Assembly: GCF_009914755.1 (NCBI RefSeq)
Contig: NC_060932.1
Source of the DNA: the human T2T-CHM13v2.0 reference genome, Homo sapiens
Direction: 5' to 3' (one strand)
Length of the DNA stretch: 64,000 bases
In this document: positions 14,435-28,331 of the stretch, in pieces
Numbering within the stretch: the stretch's first letter is position 1
Layout: each line of letters opens with the position of its first letter
Position numbers and translations under genes: made by a program
Notes under the pieces: generated by a model
Databases searched by the model: none
Told to the model about the DNA's origin: nothing
Seen by the model: only the letters and a program-made list of their open reading frames with translations

Positions 14435-15022
14435 AGTCATGAAAACAGAAACTATATTATCCCTGCCCTTGGGGAAATTATATTTTATTAAGAGAGCAAA
14501 GCAAAGTGTATAATGACAATAGAGCATGGTAGTATGCTCTATGAGTGTAGTGAGCAGAGGATCTTACAGAAATATCAAGGAGGATGTCAGATTCCATCAT
14601 GAGAAGGGGGTGAACAGTGAGCAGGAGTTAAATATGCAGAGAGGGGAGAAGAGTTGGGGTTTCAAGTGTGGAAGAAGCATTTGCAAAGGCACTGAAGTAA
14701 TAAAGCTAGAAGACTAAGGTAAGAAAAACAATTCAGAAAAGCTTCAGTGAAGGGTCTGACAGTGCTGAGAGATGAGACTGCAGAATTAAGCAAGTTCCAC
14801 GTCGGGAAAAGCCTTATAAACCATGCTGTTAGGCAGGCTGCTGCTACCAGCACCAGTCTTTGAAGGACTTTATACAAGGATGTATGATTCAGTCAGATTT
14901 TCATGGAGACCTTGTAAGATTCATCTAGAAAAGTGTGGAGAACAGGTTGGAACAGGGCTGGATGGGGAAATGTAGGAAGATATTAAGAGGATTTTGCAAT
15001 AAATACCTGCAAAATGATGAGG
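14435..15022 (-). mobile_element. L2 relic
   Basis: Purine-rich antisense L2 signature: GAAGCATTTGCAAAGGCACTGAAG, GAGATGAGACTGCAGA, CCTTATAAACCATG. Confidence 0.6.
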
Positions 15023-15027
15023 GCATT

Positions 15028-15387
15028 TTATATGGTTTGGCTATGACCCCACCCAAATGTCATCTTGAATTGTAGCTCCCATAATTCCCACATGTTGTGG
15101 GAGGGGCCTAGTGGGAGATAATTTAATCATTGGGGCAGTTTCTGCCATCTTGTTCTTGTGGTAGTGAATAAGTCACAAGATCTGATGGTTTTATAAGGGG
15201 CAACCCCTTTCACTTGGTTCTCATTCTCTCTTGCCTGCTGCCATATAAGACGTGACTTTCGCCTTCTGCCATGATTATGAGGCCTCCCCATCCACGAGGA
15301 ACTGTGAGTCCATTAAACCGCTTTTTCTTTATAAATTACCCAGTCTCCAGTATGTCTTTGTCAGCAGTGTAAAAGCAGGCTAATATA
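15028..15387 (+). mobile_element. THE1B-type MaLR solo LTR
   Basis: Follows the recalled THE1B consensus end to end (ATATGGTTTGGCT...CCCACCCAAAT...GAACTGTGAGTCCATTAAAC...CTAATATA). 5-bp TSD GCATT/ACATT. Confidence 0.9.
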
Positions 15388-16454
15388 ACATTAAGTCTTA
15401 AAAGTCTTATATACTTTTCAGTGAGGCTGTAGGCTGTAGAGAAGTGACCCCTTCATGGTAAAAGCCCATATTTCCCATATATTCTTTCAATTACTTTTGA
15501 TAAGAATTTTCTTAATAATGACATTTATCACACATCAGATTTTTCTTACAAATAAGTCTGTGCTTATGCATAGATGGTAATATGAATACCCAAATCTAGA
15601 CTCTATTTGTATACTATGATACCACACTTTTCTTTAAGTAAGTGGAAGCCTTCTTGGAGGTCTTTTGTCAAATTAATATTTTAAATTGTAATGGGAATTC
15701 AAAGGTAAAACAAAAGAGATAAAGGATGATAATATTTAGAAACAATGATCAAATTCCCAACTTTTGGGGATTGAAATGGAAAAAAAATCATGTTTGGGGG
15801 AAAGTGGATTATGTTAACACAATTTTAGGTTAATTTATCCATCCTTTCCTTTTGATTGCTCTGGGTTTATAATGTGCTTCCATCACTTTATACTTATATC
15901 AAGGGCAGGAACACACCCTTTCTTGGCTACATTTAGCACATCCCAGGCAAGCTGTATGCATTCTACCCCTCATGCTGTGCTGCTCTCTGAGAAGCGGGAG
16001 AGCAGTTATGACTATTACATGCAGAGAAGAATTTCTTAAACTTTCCAAAATAGCAGTGTAAAAATGTGGAAATGTTAACAGGAAAGAAAAAGAGTTGTAT
16101 TCTGACAGTAGGCGTAATTTGGAAAGACGTATTTAAGTAATATCATCTATTTTTATAAAAGAAATAAAATAATGATGCCTGTTTGCTGAAAGAGACATCA
16201 TGTCTTCAAAACAACAAACATATAACCCAAGCATACCTGGGTAGAATCTGACTTTGAAGCTCAGGGTTCTGTCTATTTTTTGCTACTCTCCCTGTAACCT
16301 AGCTAATCAAGTCCTTATTGCCATAGTGAGTATAGTCATTTGTTTTTCATAGTTATTCTGAAACAGTAGTATCTAATTTTTTCAATAGATGTTACTAAAG
16401 GCTGCTTACCTAAAATAAACTTGTACTCTGAAATTATTTATGGCCCCAGATTGT

Positions 16455-16522
16455 AAATAAATAGATAGATGGATAGATAGATATAAATATAGATATATAG
16501 ATATAGATGTTGTCTGATATAT
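16455..16522. repeat. (TAGA)n/(TA)n-rich simple repeat
   Basis: Direct reading. Confidence 0.8.
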
Positions 16523-18139
16523 ATTATCCACTTTAAATAGGTTCATTAATGGAAAATAAATTATCTAGGGAAAGCTCCATATGATGCTTTTTCTGTGTTA
16601 AGCCATTTGTTATCTGCTCCAATTTGATATTTCTAGTGTCATTAACATACCCATTTTAAAGGATGACTGGCTTTGACGTTTTTTGGTGAAGTGTTTCATA
16701 ATAGAGATTTCAGCCTTGCCCATCATCAGTACTAATTTAAGAGTTCTGATTCAGAGAAATATGTGTTCATTACAAATCTAGGCTAGAAATGCTTTCACTT
16801 CAGTTTTCTCATCACAGGAAACAAAGCGATGGTTTTCATCAACTTGTTTTCAATATATTTGAATACTTTCATAATTTTCTAAGAAGACATATTCAAATAT
16901 CTTGGCATTTGTGAATGAGACCCTTCACTATGTGTTCTAAATATACTGTCATTCCTTTTGTTCCAATCTTTTGGATCTTTTATATTACCACAGAGCTAGT
17001 TATAAACACAAAACAAGGTCATTTCTTACGAAATCTGAGTTCAGTGGCCAGCCTGCCTATTAAGAAATCAGGTGAAGGTGAGGGAGATTCTGATTATTAG
17101 CATGTAAATAACAATTAAACCACCATAGAGAGCATAAGAAATATTGGTACATTTCTTATAAAGAGTATCATGTAGGCCACTGAGAGGTGTAAGCTAAGCT
17201 CATATTCATAAATGAGAGCACTGAGCTATCTCTATACTGATTAATACATTAAATTGAGTCATAATCAGAGGGTTTCATAAGACTTTCTCCTTGAAATCCT
17301 GAAAGAAATGCTGCTAGGACCCACATCATGAACTTCTCCTTGTGTAAAAGAGCCAGAAGATCTGTAATTAGTCAGACACGATGCCTGCTTTTTACAAAAC
17401 ATGCATTTCCAATGACGTCAAACCAAGTGAGATTGCACGAGGGGCTCTCACTTCCTGTGCTTGTGAGCATGGCTTTCAGCGTGTGCTAACCACAGCTCCT
17501 AAGTACATGGCCCACATTGAGTTTCATCTGTGTCTAGATTCAAGAGTAGATTTTAGCAAGGGGGCAAATTGAGCCATCAATTAGCAAATCCATCCCATTC
17601 AAATGGCAGTGCCCATTGCTTCCACCAATGTCCAGGGGTCAACTGTGTGTCTATGCTAGGGCTGTGGCACCCGATGCAGCCACACCTCAAAATGCCTTCT
17701 CCTTGACAGTTCACTGTGGCACTTTTCCAGAGTAATCTGAGATATGCTAAGGGAGGCACTGACCTCCTTTTGAAATCCCATAAAGGGCTAATTCACTTTT
17801 TTTTTCTCTCTCTCTCAGACCAATTTCTGAGCAGCAAGCATTCAGTGTAAACAGAAGTCTGGAAATAAAGACCAATCCTAATTCTTCATGATTAAAAATT
17901 TACTCACTCACTAATTTTTGCTGCTTCTTATCTTCAAAATATCTAGTCAAATTTTCAAGTTTTAGAGACAAACTCCAACTTTATATCATTTAAAAAAATT
18001 TTAGGATAGCCTAGTTTTTGTATCTTAATTAGGTTACCAGATCTCTATTCTTTGCTACATAAATCCTACTTCATATATTTAACAGTACTTTAAACATAGT
18101 AACAATACCTTATATTTGTGCTACGTCTGATTTTTTTTA

Positions 18140-18335
18140 AAGTACCTTCATATACATTGTCTCAAATAATCCTTACCTCTCAAAACCAAAACATTAAGCA
18201 TTAATTTAATTAATGAGACAACCCCTTTCATTTTGCAGACATGTATACAGACATGTAGAAAGATACATGACATGCTACATAGCTGTAAATGGCAGAGCCA
18301 GGTGCAGATTTTAGTCACACATACTCTTCCCACTC
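18140..18335 (-). mobile_element. MIR relic
   Basis: TTCATTTTGCAGAC...CATAGCTGTAAATGGCAGAGCCAGG. Confidence 0.55.
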
Positions 18336-18663
18336 ATTTAAACATTGTACATTTCAACATTTTCATCTTTGATGTATTCTTAAATATGAATTGGGTGCAG
18401 AGATAGACCTATTTGTTGTAGCAGCATCTTTCTTCTGTTAAAAGATAGTTAAATTCTAGAAATGTTATTATTTATTTTATTAGTGTCTTAAATCTGCAAA
18501 CTTCTTGAGACATTTATCTGGAAATTCTGAGTACATGTTTAGATTTTCTTTTTATTTTCTATTGAAATTTCCTTAGTTTGCTATAAATATCTCAGTACTT
18601 TTCATAAAATGTATTGGTTGATTCAAGCCATAAAAACAAAAAATAGAGTCAAGTGAGATAAGT

Positions 18664-18966
18664 TTATTTTTGTTTGTTTTGTTTTTGAGACAGAGTCTCA
18701 CTCTGTCACCCAGGCTGGAGTACAGTGGCATGATCTTGGCTCACTACAACCTCCAACTCCCCAGCTCAAGCAATCCTCCCGCCTCAATCTCCCAAGAAAC
18801 TGAGACTACAAGTGCATGCCACCATGCCCGGCTAATTTTTTTTTTGTATTTTTTGTAAAGATGGGCTTTTGCCATGTTGCCCAGGCTGCTCTCGAACTCC
18901 TGAGCTCAAACAATCCACCCATGTTGGCCTCCCAAAGTGTTGGAATTACAGGTGTAAGCCCCCGCA
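18664..18966 (-). mobile_element. AluJ
   Basis: Diverged dimeric Alu with J-type GCTCAAGCAATCCTCC and TTGCCCAGGCTG. Confidence 0.9.
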
Positions 18967-21331
18967 TGTTGTCATGCTATGCTACTTGTACCAAGAGGTA
19001 CTGGGACTACCAATGTTTGTTTAGAAATTTATGCTGGCTATTTAGTATCTAATGGCTATCACTCAGTTTCTATTTATTACATTTCTAAACTGAGCTTCCT
19101 TTCTTTGTTGCAATGGTTGACACGTCAAAGGCTCAAATTCTTCCTCTTTACCATTCTAAGGTATTTTCTTTAAGCATTTAAGCTGTTCCTATATTTGACC
19201 AACTACTAGCTCTGTACTTGTATTTACCTTTTTAATAGTTGATAAGATACATTTTAATAGAGTTAACTCAAGTTACCATAGTTTGCAGTATTCTCATCTA
19301 TTCTGCTTAATTCATTTTTTATTGATAAAGGTAGGATTTTTAATAGCGTGGCATTAGCTACAAGAGCATGATTTTAAGTCAACGTAATGGTTTCTAATTT
19401 AAGAAAAGTATGAAAAAAGAGGTTTAGAAATAAAGGTTAGTTTTGTTTTAGGCCAGAATTTTTCACTGATTTAATAGTAATGCAGTCTCTTCCCAGTGGA
19501 AAGGGAGATTAGGAATCTAGTAGAAAGAAATGTAAATATACCATTTGGATTTTATAATGTTAATGTCATATTTAAAGGATGGCTACTCCAAAATGTTACA
19601 TACCCTTATTCAAATATAGGAATAAATCTTCATAAAAATAAAATAGTAACAACAGTATTCAGAAATTGGCAATGACTTTTGATAGCTTTACCTATGATCC
19701 TTCCAATTGATGAATAACTTGACTCAGGTACAATTTTATAATCTCTACTGTCAATTTATCATAGTAATAATTTTTTAACTTTTTCTTAAAGTTGTAATAA
19801 TTATTCTTTTTGAAGTTTCATTTATATTTACATGTACATTTATGTATTACATTTAAATTTCAGAATTAGAATATTCTTGACATAAGTTATTTTATACATG
19901 GTGAAACTCTTAAAAAATAATTCTCAAGCCTTAGTATTTCATATAATCTTTCGATAGGGTTTTATATGGCCTGTAGTTTCTTATCTTTCAATTATTTGCT
20001 TATGAACTATGAATTTAATTTTTAATTCTTTACATCCAAGGACTTGTTTATATAGGAATGGCTATTTCAACTCAATACCACCTCTTTATTTTGAAACAAA
20101 CATTAACCAATGCACAGTAAATTACCAATGCACAGTAAATTAGGAAATAAATATGATAGTAAAGCAATCATATGATGAAAGTCACATGGGATTCTCCAAA
20201 TCATTTTTCTTCCTCCTTTAGCTTAGAAGCCTAGAAGGTTGATGATTCTTCTTAGAATGAAACTATCCTCCGAAGGTTACATTTCTAGGATTCAATTTCT
20301 GCTCTTGTGAAAATAATGCATTCTTGAGTACTATGAACTACATAAACTGACAGTGTCTTATCTACTTGTATTTATTAGTTTTTAATATGTAAGAGCTTTG
20401 CTGTGGTTTATTGTTATATGATTGGTTTTGTCATCTATATATCACCAAATACCTTTCCATTCAGAGACAACTTGGAGAACAGTGGTGGGGAGGCCATATT
20501 TTATGATACTTTTATGCTTCTCCAATCTGTATTAGTAATAGACTGCTTCTGAACTCAAATTAATAAAAAGTCCTTGCTCAAGCAAATTTTTAATTATCAC
20601 TAAACTTATTAGTTTGTACTTTTCCTGAGGAAGACAGACCACTGTTTTGACTTACAGACCATAATGTCCTAGGTCTTGCAAACTAAATAAGGATTCTAAT
20701 TTTATCATAAAATATTGACTCAAATTGACTGGGAGATATTATATATCACTTATAGAAACCTATGAATTAGCTATTTCAATTTAACAAAAATATTTCTTGT
20801 CAATCATTGATAAAAGAATCAATATAACTGTGGCAATATGTTTTAGATCTCAGTTCTCTTATTTTCTCATTGAGCAGAGATCCTCAGAGGCTATTTTTCT
20901 AAGACAGAGACATGGGAGTGTGGAGGCCTACAACACCACAGGGATGATTCAGTGCTCAGGAGAGCACGATCCACAGAGGATAGACAGTACGTGTTGCTTT
21001 TGGTCATAATCTGAGTAAAGAGGTTCAATCATCGTTGTCTTTGGCCAGGAGAGCATATGCGTTTCTACTCACTTATTCCATAAGGAAAGATCAAGGTCAA
21101 GGACAAGGACATTTTATTTAACTCCAGTTTTGGGAACAGTGCTTTCATTCTGATGAGCAAGTCAATCAGTTAAGTTCAGAGTGCATGTAGGGTATCCTGT
21201 GCTCTATTTCTTTAGATTTTCTCTTTTATATGTAGCTGGTGACAAGGTGCAGTGCTCTTCACACTTGTTTGCAAAAGGAGTGAACCAAAAGCTTCTCTTC
21301 CCAGGATGTGTGTATGGTGCTCCTGTGCGCA

Positions 21332-21357
21332 TACACACACACACACACACACACACA
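21332..21357. repeat. (CA)n microsatellite
   Basis: Direct reading. Confidence 0.95.
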
Positions 21358-22050
21358 TCAAATGTGAGGTGCAAAGAGTAGAGATTTGGGGAGCAGGTGA
21401 GAAGAGGAAAAGAGGGCTCTGTTCCTCCTTTGTTTTAGGTTCCTTAAATAGAACTCTAGTCTATGCACAAAAAGCCCTTTTCAAGGTCCTTTTCAAGGTC
21501 TCTTCTCACATCTCCTGGGACCCGGAGGAGCTTATGTGTCCTGAGGCTGACAAAACATCAGTTTCATCTCTCTGGAATCTTGTATTCCACACTTCCTGTG
21601 ATTCACTTTATTCTACAATGATGTAGTCAACTTTACAGTGCCATACCTCACAGTGGAAACTCCTTGGTTAACAGCTCTCTTCCCTATGACACTGTAAGTG
21701 CCATAAATGAGGAGCCATGTCTGTTTTGTCCTATGAGGGACCCTCCTGCACACAACACAGTGACTTACAGGTAGCAGATACCCGGTGTAATATTCATTGA
21801 ATTAATAAGAGTTTAAATAAAAGATGCAGGATTTAAACTTCAAACTTCTCATTCTTTCACTTCCAACAGTCTGCCTATAGCATATAAGCCCTTTGGATCC
21901 CTCTGAAATGTCACTTCTTCACATGGACTTTTCCTGACCTCCCTATCTACAGTAGCTGTCTCTCCTACCTTCCACTGCCACCCATCATTCTGTACCTCAG
22001 CATCCTGTCTTCTTTCCTTCGTGACACTTATCAACTCGTTTTCTCATCCA

Positions 22051-22181
22051 CCCTCCCTCCCTTCCTTTCTCCCATCCTTCCTTTCTCCCAACTCCTTCCT
22101 TCCTTCCTTCTTTCCTTCCCTCCTTCCTTCCTTCTTTCCTTCCCTCCGTCCCTCCCTCCCTTCCTTCCTTCTCTCTCTTTC
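22051..22181. repeat. (TTCC)n/(CCCT)n polypyrimidine simple repeat within L2-like relics
   Basis: About 130 nt, almost all pyrimidine on the + strand. Confidence 0.9.
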
Positions 22182-23919
22182 CTTTTGCGATTTATCTCAT
22201 CCACTCCTACTGTGGAAGCACCATCAGCATGAGGGAAGCGGCTTATTCCCTCCTGTTCTTGATAGCGCACCCATCATCTAACTCAATGCAGAAGCACAAT
22301 TAGAATAATACTCCTAGTGCTTACTTTTAGGTTAAAATACTGCGATGAGAATGCAACATTTCTGGAAGCAAAAGATACGTCTGATTTTGGAAAATGCATG
22401 GTTCTTAGCCCCAGTGGAAAACAAATACATCACTCTTGCCCATAGATTAGGGCAGTTGTGAGATACGATCTCAACAATATCTCACTCTGTCTTTCCCTTT
22501 TCCTGGTCAGTCTGAAATATACTAGCTAAAGGTAGCCATCTATCTGCCTTCAGGAAGAATGCAGTTATGTGAAACCATATGCTATTAAAGCACAAATAAC
22601 TTTCTCCTACATGATTCACAAGCTTGGTAATCTTATATAAAAATAATGTAAATCACCCTAGTGCTAATGAAAGAGTAAATTATTAAGTATTATAGGTGTC
22701 AGTATGCCTAAGTGGGTTCATTTTATTTTCTGGAACACCAAACATTATTTCTTTCTCTCCAACTGAGAATTTATATGCCTCAGAGTAGAAATTACTATTT
22801 TAGGAGCTCTCAGAGGATGAGCATTTGTTTACCAAATACACAACCACTCTCTTGCACATCCAACTAACATTGAATTGGGTTGTCTCTTTTTCTCCTTTTT
22901 GACATGACTTGACACATTAGAATGTGACAAAAGAATTTATATTTGGCAGAATTTCTTGCTCCATATTTAATTACCCTGTCCATACTAATGCCACATTTGA
23001 ATAAACAACCAATAGCCCAAAACCCTGGAGAAGATTTTAACATAATGTATGAAGATTCTGTCAAGTCCACCTTTGAAGTTGTCTCCTCTAATTATTAGAA
23101 ACTTACCACTGGTTTCAGTATAATCACTATGGGAGTTAGAATGTATTACACAGCAATTTCAGTTCATGGTCAGTAGTCATGGCAACACAGGAGGATAAAT
23201 CTTAAAATAAGAAATAATCTCCAAGGGCAAGAGTTTGCATCTTGCTTCCAGATGTTTGCAATTTCATTTTTGGAAATAAATAAGCTATTTGGGTTTTTAA
23301 AAGCCTTAAAAATCTATTTTGAAGGTACAATGTTTAATTTTTTTTTCAAAGTGAAAAACTGCACCATGTTTTCTAAATAGCACCGTATGCTAAATTTTCT
23401 TTATAGCTTTTTGGATACTTTAAAAATTTTCTCATTTAAGAATTACACCAATTTTTTTCTCTAATTCACTCAGTCAATAAAAATTTATTGAGCACTTGAT
23501 TTGTGCCAGACACCTTGCTAGACATTGAGAATTCAGAGATTATTTTCTTTTGCTGACTTTGAATATGAACAAGGGATGGTTCTATGTATGTAGATTTAGG
23601 AAACATTAATATTTGCTATATTTGTGACACAAATCCTCAAGAATCAGAAGTATTTAGTTGAAGAAAAAATAAAGAGACAGAATTATTCTTTATCTGTAAT
23701 ATGCATAGAATAGGATATACCATATATAATTATATTTTTAGTTTACAAGCAAATTTAAGTAACAATTTTAATTATTTATTGCCTGGTACTATTCTCATCC
23801 ACTGGTACCTTTGTCCTGGAAGGAAAAACCCTGTGTCATGCTTACGGAATAACATCAAGCATTGTGAAGACATCGAGTTAGTAAAATGTGGGTACTTTTA
23901 GAAATGTAGTGGAACTTAG

Positions 23920-24420
23920 GTGATTCTGCCCTTCTGCTTCTCTCCTTGTACCCTCTCTCGGGTATCCCAAGAATACTCAAGATGTTCCTGAACAACAAAA
24001 CAAATCTATAACATTGTTAAACAATTCGAACAACTCATTCTACATGCTCTCCAATGTTTTCCAATTTCCTGCTGAGTATGTCCATTTGAAATGTTGCCAG
24101 CACCCCAAGCCCAATTCACTTGAATATCAAAATAATGGTCTCTCCTTCCTCCTCTGTTTCCTGAGAACGGCCATATTATTTGCTCACAGCATATTCAACT
24201 TCTTTCTTACTCATATTTGCAATCACTCGCCACTCCACACACTCTTCCCATTCATCTTTTCTCCCATGTGATCTTGACAACCACAGTCCTATTAGACCTT
24301 TATTATCAACTTATTCCTACATTATAAACTTTGAAATGAATCCTCTTGCCTCCATGTTTATTTTTCTTTCCTCCATCTGCACACTACTGTCAGATCAATC
24401 TTTCTTAGTAGAATCTCTTA
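23920..24420 (+). mobile_element. L2 relic(s)
   Basis: TCCATTTGAAATGTTGCCAGCACCCCAAGCCCAA and CTCCATCTGCACACTACTGTCAGATCAATCTTT resemble L2 sense sequence. Confidence 0.5.
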
Positions 24421-27400
24421 AATAAGCCAATTGGGAGGTGGGTGTGTGGAACTTGTAGACCCATGACCCATTTCTCTGACTAGGAATATGTCTGTATAAT
24501 GATGATTTTGTTTAGGACAGGGGTTGACTGCAAAAAAGAGAGATAATGCTTGAGGCATGAGTGGATACCTGAAGTGGAATAATAGCTGAAGGAGAGAAAT
24601 CTAGGGTGAGCAGGAGAGATGGAGAGGGCTCACTTCTTAGAGAGTCTGAACCACCAGGTCTGCCCCTTGTATAAGAAAGAGGGAAGCAAGAACCTGTTGG
24701 AACCTGTGGAATTTAGGCTCTTGAGTTGCTTCTCTCCAGTACTTTGTGAGCAGCAAACCTATACAAAAGGCTAGAGGAAAAGAATATGAACAAGTTTGTT
24801 GCTAAGCATATGCAGTTTACTCCCTGGGACCTCCACAATTAATTAGCCTTGGAGGGTGGTTCTGGAGTTCCTGAAGAAGTGATGGTAGAGACCATATACT
24901 AAAAAATCAGCTGTTAATGTACACATTTTGATCAAAGGCTGGTGACGCCTGGGAGAATATGCTTACAAATAATTTTTGAGGCCACTTTTCAATTTAACAA
25001 AATAAAATCGATTGTCTGTAGTACGAAGTTCAAAATTTTTATATTTGTGTTTTTAAAGTCTTTCTCAAACTCATTCCAATTTGCTATTCCATACTTGTCA
25101 TCTCAATTTTCCCACAGAGTTCTATTGGCTCATTTCAAGGTTAAGTTATTAAATGCGTCTTCAATGTGCCGGGGACCATGGAGGGACTAGAAATACAAAG
25201 GTAGATCAGAATTCCTGTTTTCAGGGAATACTCAGTGAAGTAGGGGAAACAACTGTCTAATCAGTAATTACATTGCAACGTGATACATACAACAAAATGT
25301 GAATGTGCAAAAGACATAGATGGACCAGAAGTGAGAATGGCTTGGAGAAGCCTTCACAGAGGATGGGACTTCCGGCCTAGCATTTACACACCTGTTTGTT
25401 TTTCCTCATGCTTCCTTCTGCCCATGACCTCCTGCCTCCTGATTAACTATGCAAAGCCCTCCCAAAGTTCAGTACCAACTTTAATTGCACCTCTCCCATA
25501 CATCGTTTCTGTCCCCAGCTGAGGTGAGCATTTCTTTAGTTAGCATCTGAAGGATATTTTCAGCAATTAATAATCTGCCTTGTGGAACTTCATGGTCTTG
25601 AAATGTGATTCAAATCTTTTATTTTGTTCACATTACTTCACCAAGAAGCTTTTAAATTACTGTAGAGCTGGAATCAGTTCATAATGCCTTCTTTGTAGTA
25701 ACTGCAGTGCCTTGATTAAAAAATGTATACATTATATAATTATATTATATATAAATATATATATAAACATGTAAAATCTAGTGAAGTGTTGGTTTCTTGA
25801 TATTAGTGGAGGTTAACTTTTTAGGACCTAGTTCTATTCATGACTTACAGTTTCCATTAATTATTTTATAAATTAATATGACATTCAAATTACTCTTTTC
25901 CCCTCACAGCACATTATTTATTCATTTCTTTGAATTAGAGCCTCTCTTTCATTGAGGATTTTTATATGCTTTTGTCTCTCAGTGGACTCTGAACATCTCA
26001 TGGTCAATATACAAGTTTTATTTACATTTTATTTCCTATCATATCTTGTCAAGTGTTTTCTATGCTAGTCAGGTGAATAACATTTGTTTAATTAAGTGAT
26101 ATATATTCTGAATAAAAATTTTATATCCAGGAACAGTAATATTGAATTCAGAGTGAAAATTCCATGATCACGTAACAAACTTGATGAAGATTATAAGTTT
26201 TTATAATCAATGACCTATTTTTCTTTCAGTCCTGTTTGTCTCTGCCACTCCTCTAGCTGATATGTGCTCCAGATTTGAAAATTAATTTAAGAAGCCAAAT
26301 TGTTTCCTGCTTTTCAAAGTTATACATATCGTTACATATGTTTATATTTATGTGTACACACAAATGTAAAGCAATGATGCCTCTATTAAAATGATGTTCA
26401 GTTAATATTGTCTGTGAGAACTGTAAATTATCTATCCTTTATTTCTACTTTGCACTAGATACACCTAAGAGTTTGTGACACATGCCTTGTAAGTACCTCT
26501 CATTTCATCTGACGGGTTTCTAGGGAGAAGTAAGCCACAGACACCAAATGTTCCCATCCTTAAGCTAAAAAGTTAGCAAGAATGGGACATTAAACATATG
26601 CTTAAAGGGAAATGGTTACAGAAAAGAGGAAAAATATAATATTTTAAAAAGGGTGTGAGATTGAAGACAAATTTTACCTACTGTATATTTGTGTATGATG
26701 CACTTAGCTGAATGCTATGTTCACGTAAAATACATTTCAGTAGGAACTTCATCTTCATTACAGCTAGCTCATACTTACATATGCCTAACAGTCTGTGAAG
26801 CACTTTCAAGTACATCAGCTCTTTTGACATTTACAACAGTTTCTAAATGAGAAAGTAAAGCCTTTTGTATATCTGTGCCTTGTCCAATGTCAGGCAGCTA
26901 TTGCCAGAGTCAAGAACTTCTGATAGTTTTCAAGTCAACAAAGAATTTCAATTTCCCAATGAATGATGAAAAAATCAATTGTCTCATTATTGTAAGTCCT
27001 GAATTAGTTTTCTAATTAACATGGAAAGTTTATGAAAGCAGTTTATAAAAGCAATCTCCCAATTTTTAGTGGGATCTGTGCAAAAGCACTTCCCTTTGCT
27101 TGGGTCTTTGGTGCTTTTCTTTCTTCTGTCTTAACGTGCACTGGTTATATTAGACCCCCAAGTCTCTTCCTTTTGGGAGAGATAAAAGGACTAATAGTAT
27201 CTTTAATCCAAATATACAAAGTACTAACCTTTAAAGGTCCACTCCATAAAATGCTTGTTTTCCTGTATGACCTTTTATGCTTCCACACTAAGTCAACTTA
27301 TAGAGCAAGACATTCAACTTGTTAATGTTGCAAATATCTGCTCTTCCAAAAGAATGCCAGTATTTAAGGGAACACCACTGAAAAACCCTTTCCATGCTGG

Positions 27401-27911
27401 CCATTCAGAGTGGTCTGAGCAGCTTGGGCATTTTTATGTCATGCAGACATACTCTCTGAGTGCCAGGAACACTTTATGTGCTTGCCATTAAATTTCATTC
27501 AACATATAACATTTATTTTTGCTTTAATTGAGCTTACCTATTGTTTCAGTAGCATTCTATCAAGTGAAGTGTTGACTCCACTGCATATTGCAAGCAGTAG
27601 AATTAGGCTCACTATGAGTTAAGAGACATAGCAAAATGTCAAGTCAGGGCCAAAATAAGCTCTAGGGTAGAATGAAACATATAAGGAAGAACAGCTCAGG
27701 AAGGGAATAATTAGATTCAGTATAACACAGTGCTGAAGGGTCAACCAAGGAATTGTTGTCATTATTGTGCAGCTTTTATAGTCACTGGAAGACACTGTAA
27801 CTCTGTAATAGTGATTTCATCACCATTATTGCTGACTTGTTCAGTGTTATTATGAGTGCTATATTCCTTCTTATGCACCACTGAAATGCTAGTATTTAAA
27901 TGTGTAGTGTA

Positions 27912-28043
27912 TGGCTACAATGTTCAATATTTAGATGACAGGTACACTAGAAGCTTAAACCCCACTATTATGTATGTAATACCCATGTAATAAACAAGCA
28001 CATGTATCCCTTGAATCTAAAATAAATAAATAAATAATAAAAT
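27912..28043 (+). mobile_element. Very short 5'-truncated L1 (L1PB4/L1PA16-like) 3' tip
   Basis: TACAATGTTCAATATTT...GTACACTAGAAGC...CACATGTATCCCTTGAATCTAAAATAAATAAA tail. Degenerate TSD AAATGTGTAGTGTA / AGATATGTAGTATA. Confidence 0.75.
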
Positions 28044-28331
28044 AGATATGTAGTATATACAAAAAAGCTTAAAGACTTGTTTTAGGCGAGTGCTAACATG
28101 GCTAGAGGAATGGGGCACTGGAATCTTTGTAACTTTAGAATTGCAATAACATATGGTATTTCATTTATAAGGCTAAAACTACAGACTTGGAATAACGGAT
28201 AAGCTTTGAAATTTCTCTCCAATGACAATACTGCTTCAATCCATTTATTAATTGCCATCAATTCATCAATGATGGCATTCATGCTATGGCTTTTGTGGCA
28301 TGACTTTCTGAATACAAGTTGTGTCAAAAAA

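Noticed and set aside
20106-20141. 18-bp perfect tandem duplication (similar 15-bp ones at 4042-4071 and ~6624-6655)
   Set aside because: Ordinary slippage duplications with no further structure.
21252-22281. ORFs with HTHTHT, PSFLPS or RKEG repeats
   Set aside because: Translations of (CA)n and (TTCC)n simple repeats.
23173-23186. GTAGTCATGGCAAC X-box-like motif
   Set aside because: One half site is degenerate and there is no supporting motif cluster; plausible by chance in 64 kb.
24490-24915. Purine-rich stretch that might be an old LTR
   Set aside because: Could not assign a family, termini or TSD by eye.
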